The notes below the pieces were generated by a model. The model worked only from the letters and a program-made list of their open reading frames with translations. It had not been told where the DNA came from and did not search any database. A stretch of DNA of 64,000 bases from Dehalococcoidia bacterium. GTDB lineage: Bacteria > Chloroflexota > Dehalococcoidia > Lucifugimonadales > UBA3495. Where the stretch lies: positions 719,386-783,385 of the forward strand of contig OY763929.1 of NCBI GenBank assembly GCA_963667675.1. The letters run 5' to 3'. The number at the start of each line of letters is the position of its first letter. The first letter of the stretch is position 1. The translations under genes were made by a program, and so were the position numbers. Positions 10,636 through 18,899 of this stretch are shown here, one piece after another.

Positions 10636-10900
10636 GTGACTTGCACAAGGGGGTCAGGGGGGATGCAGGGGGGCGCGGGGGGAACCTGGCTGCATCGGGG
10701 CGCGGGCGGCATCCCCCGCTCGCTGCGCATCGCGCCCCCTTGCGCTTTGCGAAGGGGGTGGGGGGTGCCCCCCCTTCACGCAGTGCAAGGGGGGTTAGGG
10801 GGGATGCCCGTTTGCAGAGGGCGGTATGACGGGTTTGGGGGCGCATCGCCCCAGGGCGCCCACAAGGGGCGCCCCTACGTGGTTGTGGGGGGGTGGTTCG
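10636..10900. repeat. composite G-rich palindromic intergenic repeat block
   Basis: Segments GGCATCCCCCGCT, CGCGCCCCCTTGCGCT, GCGAAGGGGG, CAAGGGGGGTTAGGGGGGATGCCC and GCAGAGGGCGG recur in the same order at 11512-11650. CCCCTACGTGGTTGTGGGGG (10873-10892) also occurs at 9817-9836. Confidence 0.65.
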
Positions 10901-10924
10901 ACAAGCTCACCACGAGCGGGGGGT

Positions 10925-11167
10925 TCATAGCTCCAACTCGCTGAGGAGTTCATCCACGCTCATTCCGTGATGCCGCGCCACGCTCTTCAAGATGCTCAGC
11001 AGCGTCTTCGCCTTGATAGGGTTGTGTTGAGGAATCACCTCGTGGTGTTCGCCGTTGACCTGTGTTGTGACGCGCAGGTGAGAACCGCGCTGCCGAACAG
11101 CTTCGTATCCCAGCCGTCGAAGCGAGGTCTGTAGAGCAGCGCCGCTGACATCGCGGGGCAGCCTCAC
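10925..11167 (-). CDS. hicA: type II toxin, HicA family
   Basis: 80 aa. ...LRRLGYEAVRQRGSHLRVTT...HEVIPQHNPIKAKTLLSILK matches the HicA pattern. 4-nt overlap with the upstream antitoxin gene. Confidence 0.75.
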   Translation of the reverse strand: MRLPRDVSGAALQTSLRRLGYEAVRQRGSHLRVTTQVNGEHHEVIPQHNPIKAKTLLSILKSVARHHGMSVDELLSELEL

Positions 11168-11382
11168 GCCACCAATACCTCCTCGCGTACGAAGTGCAGC
11201 CGGATAAGCTTGGGCCGTTGCATGGTCTCATCGAAGTAGCAATCGACAGCCTCTTTGACATTGCTGCGCAGTTCTTCCAGGGACTCGCCCTCTGTGTGGA
11301 TGCCGTATCCCAGCGCGCTGGCGGTGTATCCGCCGTCTACCTCGTCCTCACTGACTTCGAAGATGATCTCAGACATAGTCAC
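11164..11382 (-). CDS. hicB: type II antitoxin, HicB-like
   Basis: 72 aa. IIFEVSEDEVDGGYTASALGYGIHTEGESLEELRSNVKEAV matches the HicB-like N-terminal fold pattern. Confidence 0.7.
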   Translation of the reverse strand: MTMSEIIFEVSEDEVDGGYTASALGYGIHTEGESLEELRSNVKEAVDCYFDETMQRPKLIRLHFVREEVLVA

Positions 11383-11473
11383 TTCCTTTCAGGTATGACA
11401 GGTAAGGGGCCGCCGTCCATATTGTCGAGCATGACGCCGTTCTCGTCTAGTGGGCCCGTCCACGTCGCCATCG

Positions 11474-11690
11474 GTAGGGGCGGGTTCCAAACCCGCCCCT
11501 ACGTCGTTTGGCGGGGCGGGCATCCCCCGCTAACGTCGTTTCGCTTGTTCGCGCCCCCTTGCGCTGGAGCGAAGGGGGCGTGGGTCTTTCCCCCTTCGCG
11601 GAGCGCAAGGGGGTTAGGGGGATGCCCCTTTCGCAGAGGGCGGGGAGATGTCGACCTCCAACCCGTCTTTCCGGCGAAAGCCGGAATCCA
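11474..11690. repeat. composite palindromic repeat block (second copy)
   Basis: GTAGGGGCGGGTTCCAAACCCGCCCCTAC (11474-11502) is near-identical to 9795-9823. It is followed by the G-rich block homologous to 10700-10840 and by the hairpin TTCCGGCGAAAGCCGGAA (11669-11686). Confidence 0.65.
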
Positions 11691-11792
11691 GAAAGTCCCA
11701 AATATGGACCAACCCTGCGTATACATCCTCGCAAGCGAACGCAACAGAGTGATGAAACTCTCTCCTCGCTCGCGGGAGATAACCCCCACAGC

Positions 11793-12494
11793 CTACGCCT
11801 TGCAACAGACTGCCCGGCACTGGCGCAGGGCAAAGAGACACCTGGCGCAAAAGCACACCAGCGTTGCATAGACTCCGCCCTCGTCCTCTTCCTCATGCCC
11901 GGAAAGGTTCTCCTTGCCCTCCTTGACCAGGAACGGAATCAGGAACAGGGCGCACACCGGGTCGGCCCACCACCAGGAAAACAAGGCGTTGAACCCCAAC
12001 CCAATCAGGATAGTCAGGTCCTGCAGATCGCAGACCAGGCTCTCCATAGCCTCTGCTCTCAGGGACCGGGACTGCATCCGCACGGCGACGCGCATCTTTG
12101 CCGCGTACAGCCCGGCCATCACCACCGTGCTCGCCGCCACGATACCCACGCCCGCCAAGCTGGGCTCCGGCTCGGGCAGCCACCCAACCAGGCTGGCCCC
12201 GGAATGCAGGGCAATGTATGCCGCCAGCAGGAAGAAGCTGAGCCCCACCAGCCGCCGCGCCCGACGCTCTACAGCCGCGTCCTCCTCCCCGTCCCGCTCC
12301 TGCCGCAGCCGGGCCACTAGGACGCCCCCGGCGAAGAGCTCGACGATGCTGTCCAGGCTGAAAGCCAGCAGCGCCGCGCTCCCTGCCTGCACCCCAGCCC
12401 ACAAGGCAACGCCGGCCTCTACCAGGTTCCAGGCGAGGCCGGCAATCACAAGAACAAGGGCCGTCCGGCGAAGGCTGTCGAGCTTAAACGCCAA
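11793..12494 (-). CDS. cation-efflux (CDF-like transmembrane domain) protein
   Basis: 233 aa with about 6 TM helices. ...AFSLDSIVELFAGGVLV... and ...ESLVCDLQDLTILIG... resemble CDF metal-site helices. The C-terminal tail runs into repeat DNA, so the true stop and tail are uncertain. Confidence 0.55.
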   Translation of the reverse strand: MAFKLDSLRRTALVLVIAGLAWNLVEAGVALWAGVQAGSAALLAFSLDSIVELFAGGVLVARLRQERDGEEDAAVERRARRLVGLSFFLLAAYIALHSGASLVGWLPEPEPSLAGVGIVAASTVVMAGLYAAKMRVAVRMQSRSLRAEAMESLVCDLQDLTILIGLGFNALFSWWWADPVCALFLIPFLVKEGKENLSGHEEEDEGGVYATLVCFCARCLFALRQCRAVCCKA

Positions 12495-12566
12495 GGATAA
12501 CTCCTCTTGCCTCTACGTCATCTCCCCTGTGCTCGCTCGTCCAAGAAACTCAGGCACAACCGCCAA

Positions 12567-13925
12567 TCAGTCTTGCGACAGCAGCCAGTCCAACAGCGCA
12601 TCCACGAAGACGTCTCCATAGCCCGGCGCATGGCCGCTGCCCTCGCCCACCCAAAGCTCCAATGTTAACACCCTCGGCGCATCCGGCTTCCAGACGGTAT
12701 GCCTTGGTCTCGGCCCCAGGCGAGAATTGGTCCAAATCCAGAGCGCCGTAAGGCTCGGGGGTTTCCGGCCAGTCGCACCCGGCCAACCGGCTCCAGCGCA
12801 TCGCGATGTCCCAAGCCCCAAGGTAGAACGCCCGCTGCCCTCCGCTCTCCGCGCTGGGGCCCGCTTTCGTCGCCCGCGAACAGGATAACGCCGTCCGCTG
12901 TGCCATGGATTTGCAACGCTGACACCGGCCCCGGCTCCCTGGCAACTGGCGTCATCCACGTAACTCGTCCCGGCCACGCTCGCCACCGCCCGCAGGCCGG
13001 GCAGTCCCTTGCAGGCCATGTGGTGGGCCATAAACCCGCCGTTTGAATATCCAAACAGGTACACCGGCCCAAACTCCTTTAACTTGTTCGCTTCCGCCAC
13101 CAGGTCGGTCAGATAAGCGGCGTCGTCCTCCCCCGTCTTGCCCCCGTCGCAGCAATGGTCCGTTGGGTTCCAGAATGGGCTGCCCTCGGCGTCCAGGCTC
13201 CCCGTGGGCAGCAGCAGACCGAAGCCGCGGCTGTTCACCTGCCGGTGAAGGGGCGCGTAACTCAAGAGGTCGGCGGAATTCCCTCCGTAGCCGTGCAGCG
13301 AGACGATGAGGGGAGTCTCCCCGTCAACAAATTCCCGGGGCGTCACCAACACCGAGCGGTCTCCTCGACCGGGATGGTCGATGAAGTGGACCGTGCCCCC
13401 GGCCTCCTCCGCCAACGCCGCCGTCCTTTCCAATACGTCACCCCTTGGCAGCGATGGACTATCGGACTTGCTCAATCCCCACTCCTCCTTGTAGGCGTCC
13501 ACCGGCTTTGTTTTGGATTCTGGGGCCTTCTCGGACCCTTGGGGCTGGGCATCCTGTTGTTCGTCCCTGCCCTCGTCCGCGACCCCCATTTCATCCTTCG
13601 CTCCAACGGTCTCCTCGTCCACGGACTCAACCGACCCCTCCAAAGGACTGGCCTTCGCCTCCGGCTCCATCGTCGGTTGCCCCCCGCCGCCGCACGCAAG
13701 CAAACCAACCACCAGCAGCGCGCACACCGCTCCCGCGCCAACCCGCAGCAGGGTCACGATCCCAATAGACGCCGGAGGCCCCGTCACGTCAGTCCCTTCC
13801 GTGGTTGCCCGTCGTGGGCGCGACGGCGTCGGACCGGCGCTCCGTAAATGCATATTCTGCGAATGCATCCTCTCCTCGCGGCTAACGGTTTCTGCCCTGG
13901 CGATACCCAGCCGCCAGGCAAGCAA
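12567..13925 (-). pseudogene. PHB-depolymerase/LpqC-type esterase lipoprotein, disrupted by about three frameshifts
   Basis: Good sequence (lipobox LLACGGG; HGYGGN; GYSNGGFMAHHMAC) runs down to ~12960. Family-like sequence then continues in two other frames (PVSALQIHGTADGVILFAGDES at ~12885-12950; QRAFYLGAWDIAMRWSRLAGCDWPE...ETKAYRLEAGCAEGV at ~12670-12850). It returns to the first frame for ELWVGEGSGHAPGYGDVFVDALLDWL. Confidence 0.6.
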
Positions 13926-14004
13926 TATATCAGCCCCCTCTCACAGCGCAACAAGCCCCCTGCCATCGGCGACAGCCGGGCCGCTGCCGTAATATGATAG
14001 ATGC

Positions 14005-15198
14005 ATGCACCAGCCCTGTCCGGTACGTCCCGTCTCGTTCCTGCTCGCGGCAACGATATTGGCGTTCATCCTGGGAGCGTGCAGCGGCGGCGCCAATGAC
14101 TCGCCCAAACCCACCGCCGCCGTTACGCCCCAACCCTCGCCGACACCCACCGCTGCCGTCACGCTGCAACCGTCGCCTACTCCGGCTCCCACTATGTCCC
14201 CTGAACCCACCCTCACCCATTCCGCGCCCGATGGCGTCGTGCGCCTGCCCCACGACGAAGGCGTTCACCTCTCGCCCTTGGAGTGGTGGTACTTCAACGG
14301 CCGCCTGGCAACGGACGACGGCCGGATATTCAGCTACCATTTCGTGACCTTCCAGTCGCTGCTGGACTCGGGTCTCACGCCCAGGGTGGTCCAGTTAAGC
14401 TGGGCCGACCACAGCGAGGATCTGCACTTGACCGCGGAGCAGGCCGCCGTGTCCACAACCGAGTCGTCATCGGGCCGCTTCGACCTCACCGCCAACGCTT
14501 GGCGCATGAGCGGCGACGGTGAAACTTACGCTCTCTCTTTCCAGATTGAGGACTACGCCGTGGAGCTTGAAGCTACATCAGAAAAACCGGCGGTGCTCCA
14601 CCATGGCGCGGGGCTGGTGGACCTGGGCATAGCCGGCAAGACCTACTACTATTCCCGCACGGATTTGAACACGTCGGGCGCTGTATCCATATCCGGCGTT
14701 GCTCACCCCGTGGCCGGGGCCTCTTGGATGGACCACCAGTGGGGCGATTTCACCATCGCCAACATCGGCTGGGACTGGCTCAGCCTGAACCTCGACGACG
14801 GTTCCGACCTCATGGTGTCGGTGGTCTGGGAGCAGGACGGCGGCAAACCTATTATGACCTACGCCACCTACGTCCCGCCGGACTCCAGCCCCGTACATTT
14901 GCCCGGCGATGGCATTTCTCTGGAACCCGCGGGGACATGGACCAGCGCCGGCACCGGCGGCGTCTATCCCATGGGCTGGACCTTGGCCATAGACTCCCTG
15001 GCCCTCGATCTGGCTCTAGTTCCGGCAATAGAAGAATCGGAGTATGCCATCAGCGAAATTATCCCGGTGGTCTACTGGGAAGGAGCCGTCGCCGCCGCTG
15101 GTAGCAAAGACGGCGCGGCCGTGTCCGGCAACGGCTTCGTGGAGATGGTCGGTTACGTACCCTCGGACCTTAGCACCCTCCCGACCCCGTCGGCCTAG
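14005..15198 (+). CDS. AttH / CrtC-like lipocalin-fold lipoprotein, paralog B
   Basis: Same motifs as 7668-8819, roughly 80-85% identical by eye over ~330 aa. The upstream ~35 nt (CCGTAATATGATAGATGCATGCAC) is also shared. Confidence 0.8.
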   Translation: MHQPCPVRPVSFLLAATILAFILGACSGGANDSPKPTAAVTPQPSPTPTAAVTLQPSPTPAPTMSPEPTLTHSAPDGVVRLPHDEGVHLSPLEWWYFNGRLATDDGRIFSYHFVTFQSLLDSGLTPRVVQLSWADHSEDLHLTAEQAAVSTTESSSGRFDLTANAWRMSGDGETYALSFQIEDYAVELEATSEKPAVLHHGAGLVDLGIAGKTYYYSRTDLNTSGAVSISGVAHPVAGASWMDHQWGDFTIANIGWDWLSLNLDDGSDLMVSVVWEQDGGKPIMTYATYVPPDSSPVHLPGDGISLEPAGTWTSAGTGGVYPMGWTLAIDSLALDLALVPAIEESEYAISEIIPVVYWEGAVAAAGSKDGAAVSGNGFVEMVGYVPSDLSTLPTPSA

Positions 15199-15230
15199 CC
15201 CTAGCCGGGCCTCTCTCGCCCGCGGCTCGA

Positions 15231-16394
15231 TTACCTGGGATGCACCTCCAGGTAGCCAACGTCATACTCAGCTTCCGAGGCCGGAGTTTCGGCGCTGGCT
15301 CCATTCCCTTGTTCCGCCGCGTCGTGGTCGTGCGACCCGCCCGATGTCTCCTCTACTCCGGCGTGGACCATAACCGATGCCTCCACCGGGCTGCCTTCCC
15401 ACTGGTGGGGGTGTCCCTCGTTGCCGACCAGGGACACGCTAATTTCGTGCATCCCCTGGTCCAGACCGGGCAGCTTCAGCCAGGGAGTATAGAGCCTGGC
15501 GTGGAACTCGCCGTCGATGTACACGTATCCGAACCCTTCCCCGGAAACGTGTTCACCGCCCGCGTTCCGGGGCGTGAACTCGAACCCGGTCGTCATGACC
15601 TGCAGGTTGTATCCCCCCAGGGAGTCGGGATGGGCCATGGCTTCCGCCGACATGGGAGCGTCGGCGTCCACGGCCGGCAAATTGCCGAAGCCCGGCCTCT
15701 CGCCCTCGCCTACCTCAACCACGATTGTGTCCTCCAGCGGCTGCCCGCCAAACGTCAATTCATTATGGCTGTTGGTGTTCAGGGCAACCCGGATTTCCCG
15801 CGTCCCCGGCTCCAGGTCAGCCAGGTGGTAGTAGGGACCGTAGACCCGGTTGATTTTCACGCCGTCCACGTAAACGTGGGCGTGACCCGCTCCCGGAGCA
15901 TCGGCCTTGTTGACCTCTTCCGGTGCCCATCGCCAGCCTTCGGTGGCAATACGCACGTTTACTCCGCCCGCATCTTCTTGTTCGGCCATGATTGAAATGC
16001 TGACAGGTGTTTCAGACTCCATGGCATCGTGGCTGCCGCCCGCATGAGACCCCCCGGAGGCCGCAGGGTGGAAGGCGATACGGTAACGCCCGGTGGCGTC
16101 GGCAACGAAGATGAAATCCGCAACCGCTCCTGGCGTCACTTCTTGTTCTATGTCGTACCCGTGCAGGTGCAAAGACCCCGGCGCGTCGCTGTCGACTTTC
16201 AGAGTAACCGTGTCATGCTGGCTCACTCTGACTGTGTCGGGCGTCATCTGCTTGTCTCGCAACGAAACGCTAATCTCCACCTCCTCTGGATCGGTGGAGC
16301 CGCACGCCGCGGCCAACGCAGTAATCAAAATCATCAACCCGGCCCCAAAAGCCGGCGTCTCGAGATACAAGAACAACCTCAATCTAGGCATCAA
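15231..16394 (-). CDS. lipoprotein with an N-terminal cupredoxin-like domain, two internal His-containing repeats and a His/Asp-rich tail (metal binding likely)
   Basis: Lipobox LAAAC. VRVSQHDTVTLKVDSDAPGSLHLHGYD resembles an EfeO-type cupredoxin. Repeated GAGHAHVYVDGVKINRVYGPYY... and GEGFGYVYIDGEFHARLYTPW... modules are present, and the C-terminus carries GGSHDHD. Confidence 0.55.
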   Translation of the reverse strand: MMPRLRLFLYLETPAFGAGLMILITALAAACGSTDPEEVEISVSLRDKQMTPDTVRVSQHDTVTLKVDSDAPGSLHLHGYDIEQEVTPGAVADFIFVADATGRYRIAFHPAASGGSHAGGSHDAMESETPVSISIMAEQEDAGGVNVRIATEGWRWAPEEVNKADAPGAGHAHVYVDGVKINRVYGPYYHLADLEPGTREIRVALNTNSHNELTFGGQPLEDTIVVEVGEGERPGFGNLPAVDADAPMSAEAMAHPDSLGGYNLQVMTTGFEFTPRNAGGEHVSGEGFGYVYIDGEFHARLYTPWLKLPGLDQGMHEISVSLVGNEGHPHQWEGSPVEASVMVHAGVEETSGGSHDHDAAEQGNGASAETPASEAEYDVGYLEVHPR

Positions 16395-16444
16395 TTCCCA
16401 ATCCCCTCACGGCACCCCTCCGTTCGTCCACCGGCGTCAACGCG

Positions 16445-16942
16445 TCACGCCTGAGCAACCTCGTTGAGCCTGCCGGTGGCGCAGTCATACACGAACCCCC
16501 GCACCAGGTCCTTGTTGGGGATGAACGGGCTGGCCTGAATGCGGGCTATGGACTGCCTGACATCCTGTTCCAGGTTCCTGAAAGCCTCCAATGCAAACGC
16601 CGGACGGATGCCGGTGTCCGCTTCGATGGCGTCTTTCACCTCGTCGTCGCGGAAGGTCGCCATGCCGCAGCCCGTGTGGTGGACCAGCACGATCTCGCGG
16701 GTGCCCAGCAAGCGCTGAGAAATGACCAGCGACCGGATAACGTCCTCCGTGACCACCCCTCCCGCGTTGCGGATCACGTGGGCGTCGCCTTCCTGCAGGC
16801 CCAGGAGCTTGTGGGTATCCAGGCGGGCGTCCATGCAGGCCACCACTGCCAGATTCCGGGCCGGCGGCGGCGGCAAATCGCCCTTGTCAAAGCTCTCGGC
16901 GTAGCGAGCATTGTTGCTTAGAAGCTCGTCTACGACTGTCAT
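16445..16942 (-). CDS. beta-class carbonic anhydrase
   Basis: VVACMDARLD ... HVIRNAGG ... LVHHTGCGM (CxDxR / HxxC zinc ligands). RBS AAGGAG lies before ATG 16942. The longer ORF-track start at 17104 is unlikely. Confidence 0.85.
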   Translation of the reverse strand: MTVVDELLSNNARYAESFDKGDLPPPPARNLAVVACMDARLDTHKLLGLQEGDAHVIRNAGGVVTEDVIRSLVISQRLLGTREIVLVHHTGCGMATFRDDEVKDAIEADTGIRPAFALEAFRNLEQDVRQSIARIQASPFIPNKDLVRGFVYDCATGRLNEVAQA

Positions 16943-17175
16943 CGGAAGCTCCTTATCGGGAATGGAATGGACGCTGTAGCTAGTATCCAACAGGGTTGAC
17001 CCCTTTTCAAGCATACTTGGCTTTACGTCTAACATCGCCGGGGGCATCTTGTCGGCGGCGGCGGTTGACCTTAATCCGGGTAACGAGTACGATATCTCTA
17101 CCATTGAAGGATTACCGGACTGTCATCCGCATAAGGTGCGGCGGTCCTGAACAAATATAGACTTCTGGAGGGTGT

Positions 17176-18345
17176 ATGCTGCTATCCAAGTCCTGGAAAA
17201 TAGTGGTCCTGCTTGGCCTGCTGACTTTTGCCGCGCTGGCTTGCGGCGGCGAGGACGAGCCCTACGTCATCGGCGCCATGGACGCTCTTACCGGCGTTGC
17301 CGAGTCCTACGGCAACCCGCTGCACCAGGCCAAGTTGCTGGCCGTGGAGGAAATCAACGCCGCCGGCGGCATCAACGGCCGCATGCTCGAACTCAAAGTA
17401 GAAGACTCCAAGTGTGCCGCCCAGGACGCCATCACCGCCTACAACAAGTTGACCGACGTTGACGGCGTCAAGATTATCCTGGGCGCCACCTGTAGCGGCG
17501 CGACCCTCGGCGCGGCTCCCCTGGCCGAAAAGGACGGTGTTGTCCTCCTGTCTGCATCCGCCACCAGTCCTGACATCGCCTTCGCCGGTGACTACATCTT
17601 CCGAACGGCAATTAACGACCTCAATCTGGGCATAGACATCGGCAACACCCTCTGGGTCGATGGGGTACGGACTCTCGCCACCATCAACGAGACCACCGAC
17701 TATGCCGAAGGGGCTCGCAGCACCGCCGTAGCCCGGTTCGAGGAACTGGGAGGCTCAGTAGTGGGGTCGGAACGCTACTCGTCCGATGCCACCGACTTCC
17801 GCAGCCACTTGACCAAGCTGTTCGCCGAGGAACCCGACGCCCTTCTCCTGGCGGCTCAAGGCGAGGTCTCCGGAGGGACCGTCATCAAGCAGGCCCGGGA
17901 GTTGGGGTTCGACGGCCCGATTTACTCGGAAATCGTCCCCACTGGCCAGGAGGCCCTCAACATATCCGGTGAAGCTGCCACTGGCCTGAAGGCAGTCATT
18001 CCCAATCCCGACCTGACCACTGCCGCCGGCAAGGAGTTCTTGGCCAATTTCCAAGAGCGCTACGGCTCCGTTGCCACCTTGCCTTGGTTCCAAGGCTCAG
18101 CTTACGACGACGTCTACATCGCCGCCGAGTGCTTGGAGCAGACCGGAGACGACCAGGACGCCGACGGCTTCCGGGACTGCCTGAACGACCTCACCTATAG
18201 CGGGGCCATCGGCGACAACTACAGTTTCGACGAAAACGGCGACGTGGTGGGACTGGCCAACGTGGTCGTCCAGGTGCTGCCGGTCGCCGAGCGGACCGAC
18301 GACAATCTGGGCTACCAGGTCTTGGGATCGGCTCCCACGCCCTAG
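17176..18345 (+). CDS. ABC transporter substrate-binding lipoprotein, LivK/branched-chain amino-acid type
   Basis: Lipobox LACGG. Type-I periplasmic binding fold pattern (IGAMDALTGVAESYGNP..., AVEEINAAGGINGRMLEL...D). Confidence 0.85.
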   Translation: MLLSKSWKIVVLLGLLTFAALACGGEDEPYVIGAMDALTGVAESYGNPLHQAKLLAVEEINAAGGINGRMLELKVEDSKCAAQDAITAYNKLTDVDGVKIILGATCSGATLGAAPLAEKDGVVLLSASATSPDIAFAGDYIFRTAINDLNLGIDIGNTLWVDGVRTLATINETTDYAEGARSTAVARFEELGGSVVGSERYSSDATDFRSHLTKLFAEEPDALLLAAQGEVSGGTVIKQARELGFDGPIYSEIVPTGQEALNISGEAATGLKAVIPNPDLTTAAGKEFLANFQERYGSVATLPWFQGSAYDDVYIAAECLEQTGDDQDADGFRDCLNDLTYSGAIGDNYSFDENGDVVGLANVVVQVLPVAERTDDNLGYQVLGSAPTP

Positions 18346-18382
18346 CCCGGCCAACCCGCTGCAACCCCGAAGCGGAGTTGAT

Positions 18383-18420
18383 GTTGCTCCCAGTCCCTTC
18401 ATTCAAGGACTGGGAGCAAC
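18383..18420. terminator. perfect 14-bp hairpin between convergent genes (possible bidirectional terminator)
   Basis: GTTGCTCCCAGTCC, a 10-nt loop, then GGACTGGGAGCAAC. There is no clear U-tract on either strand. Confidence 0.45.
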
Positions 18421-18436
18421 GGCGTAGTTGTTTAGC

Positions 18437-18892
18437 CTAGCCGCTGGAGGCCTTGCGCCACAGCCGGTAGCCGGTGGCCCACATAATCAACGGCAGTGCC
18501 GTGTCCACCACCGCCCAGATTACCCAGGCCTGATGGTTGCCCTCCAGGCTGTCATTGCCTAGGGCCAGCAAAGAAAACCAGTTGTGCAGGAACAGGATTG
18601 TGACGCCTGCCGTCAGGTAGAATGCCGTTTTGGCTTCCAACAGCGAGAGTGCGGAGGCCCCCTCCGCGGCCCGTTCCGCCTCCAGCTTGCGGGAAAAGTT
18701 GAAGACCAGGGCCAACGCCAACGCAATGGCCATCAGCACGTCCAGCACGTGCCAGACGGCTGGCGCGTCGAAGGACTCGAAAGCCTCGCTGATGAACGGG
18801 TTGACGATGAAGTACGCCGCCACCGCCGTTCCTACGCCTACCAGGTAAACCGCTGTCAGTTTGTTCAGCATTGTCGCCATGCCGCCCCCCAT
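18437..18892 (-). CDS. hypothetical 4-TM membrane protein
   Basis: 151-aa ORF with four clear hydrophobic helices. No motif recognised. Confidence 0.6.
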   Translation of the reverse strand: MGGGMATMLNKLTAVYLVGVGTAVAAYFIVNPFISEAFESFDAPAVWHVLDVLMAIALALALVFNFSRKLEAERAAEGASALSLLEAKTAFYLTAGVTILFLHNWFSLLALGNDSLEGNHQAWVIWAVVDTALPLIMWATGYRLWRKASSG

Positions 18893-18899
18893 GCTTGTG

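Noticed and set aside
9795-11690. The repeat blocks interpreted as integron attC sites (a cassette array).
   Set aside because: There is no intI gene in the window. The palindromes are perfect hairpins rather than attC-like R''-L''/L'-R' boxes with extrahelical bases, and the same units occur at non-cassette intergenic sites. I did not run a covariance model.
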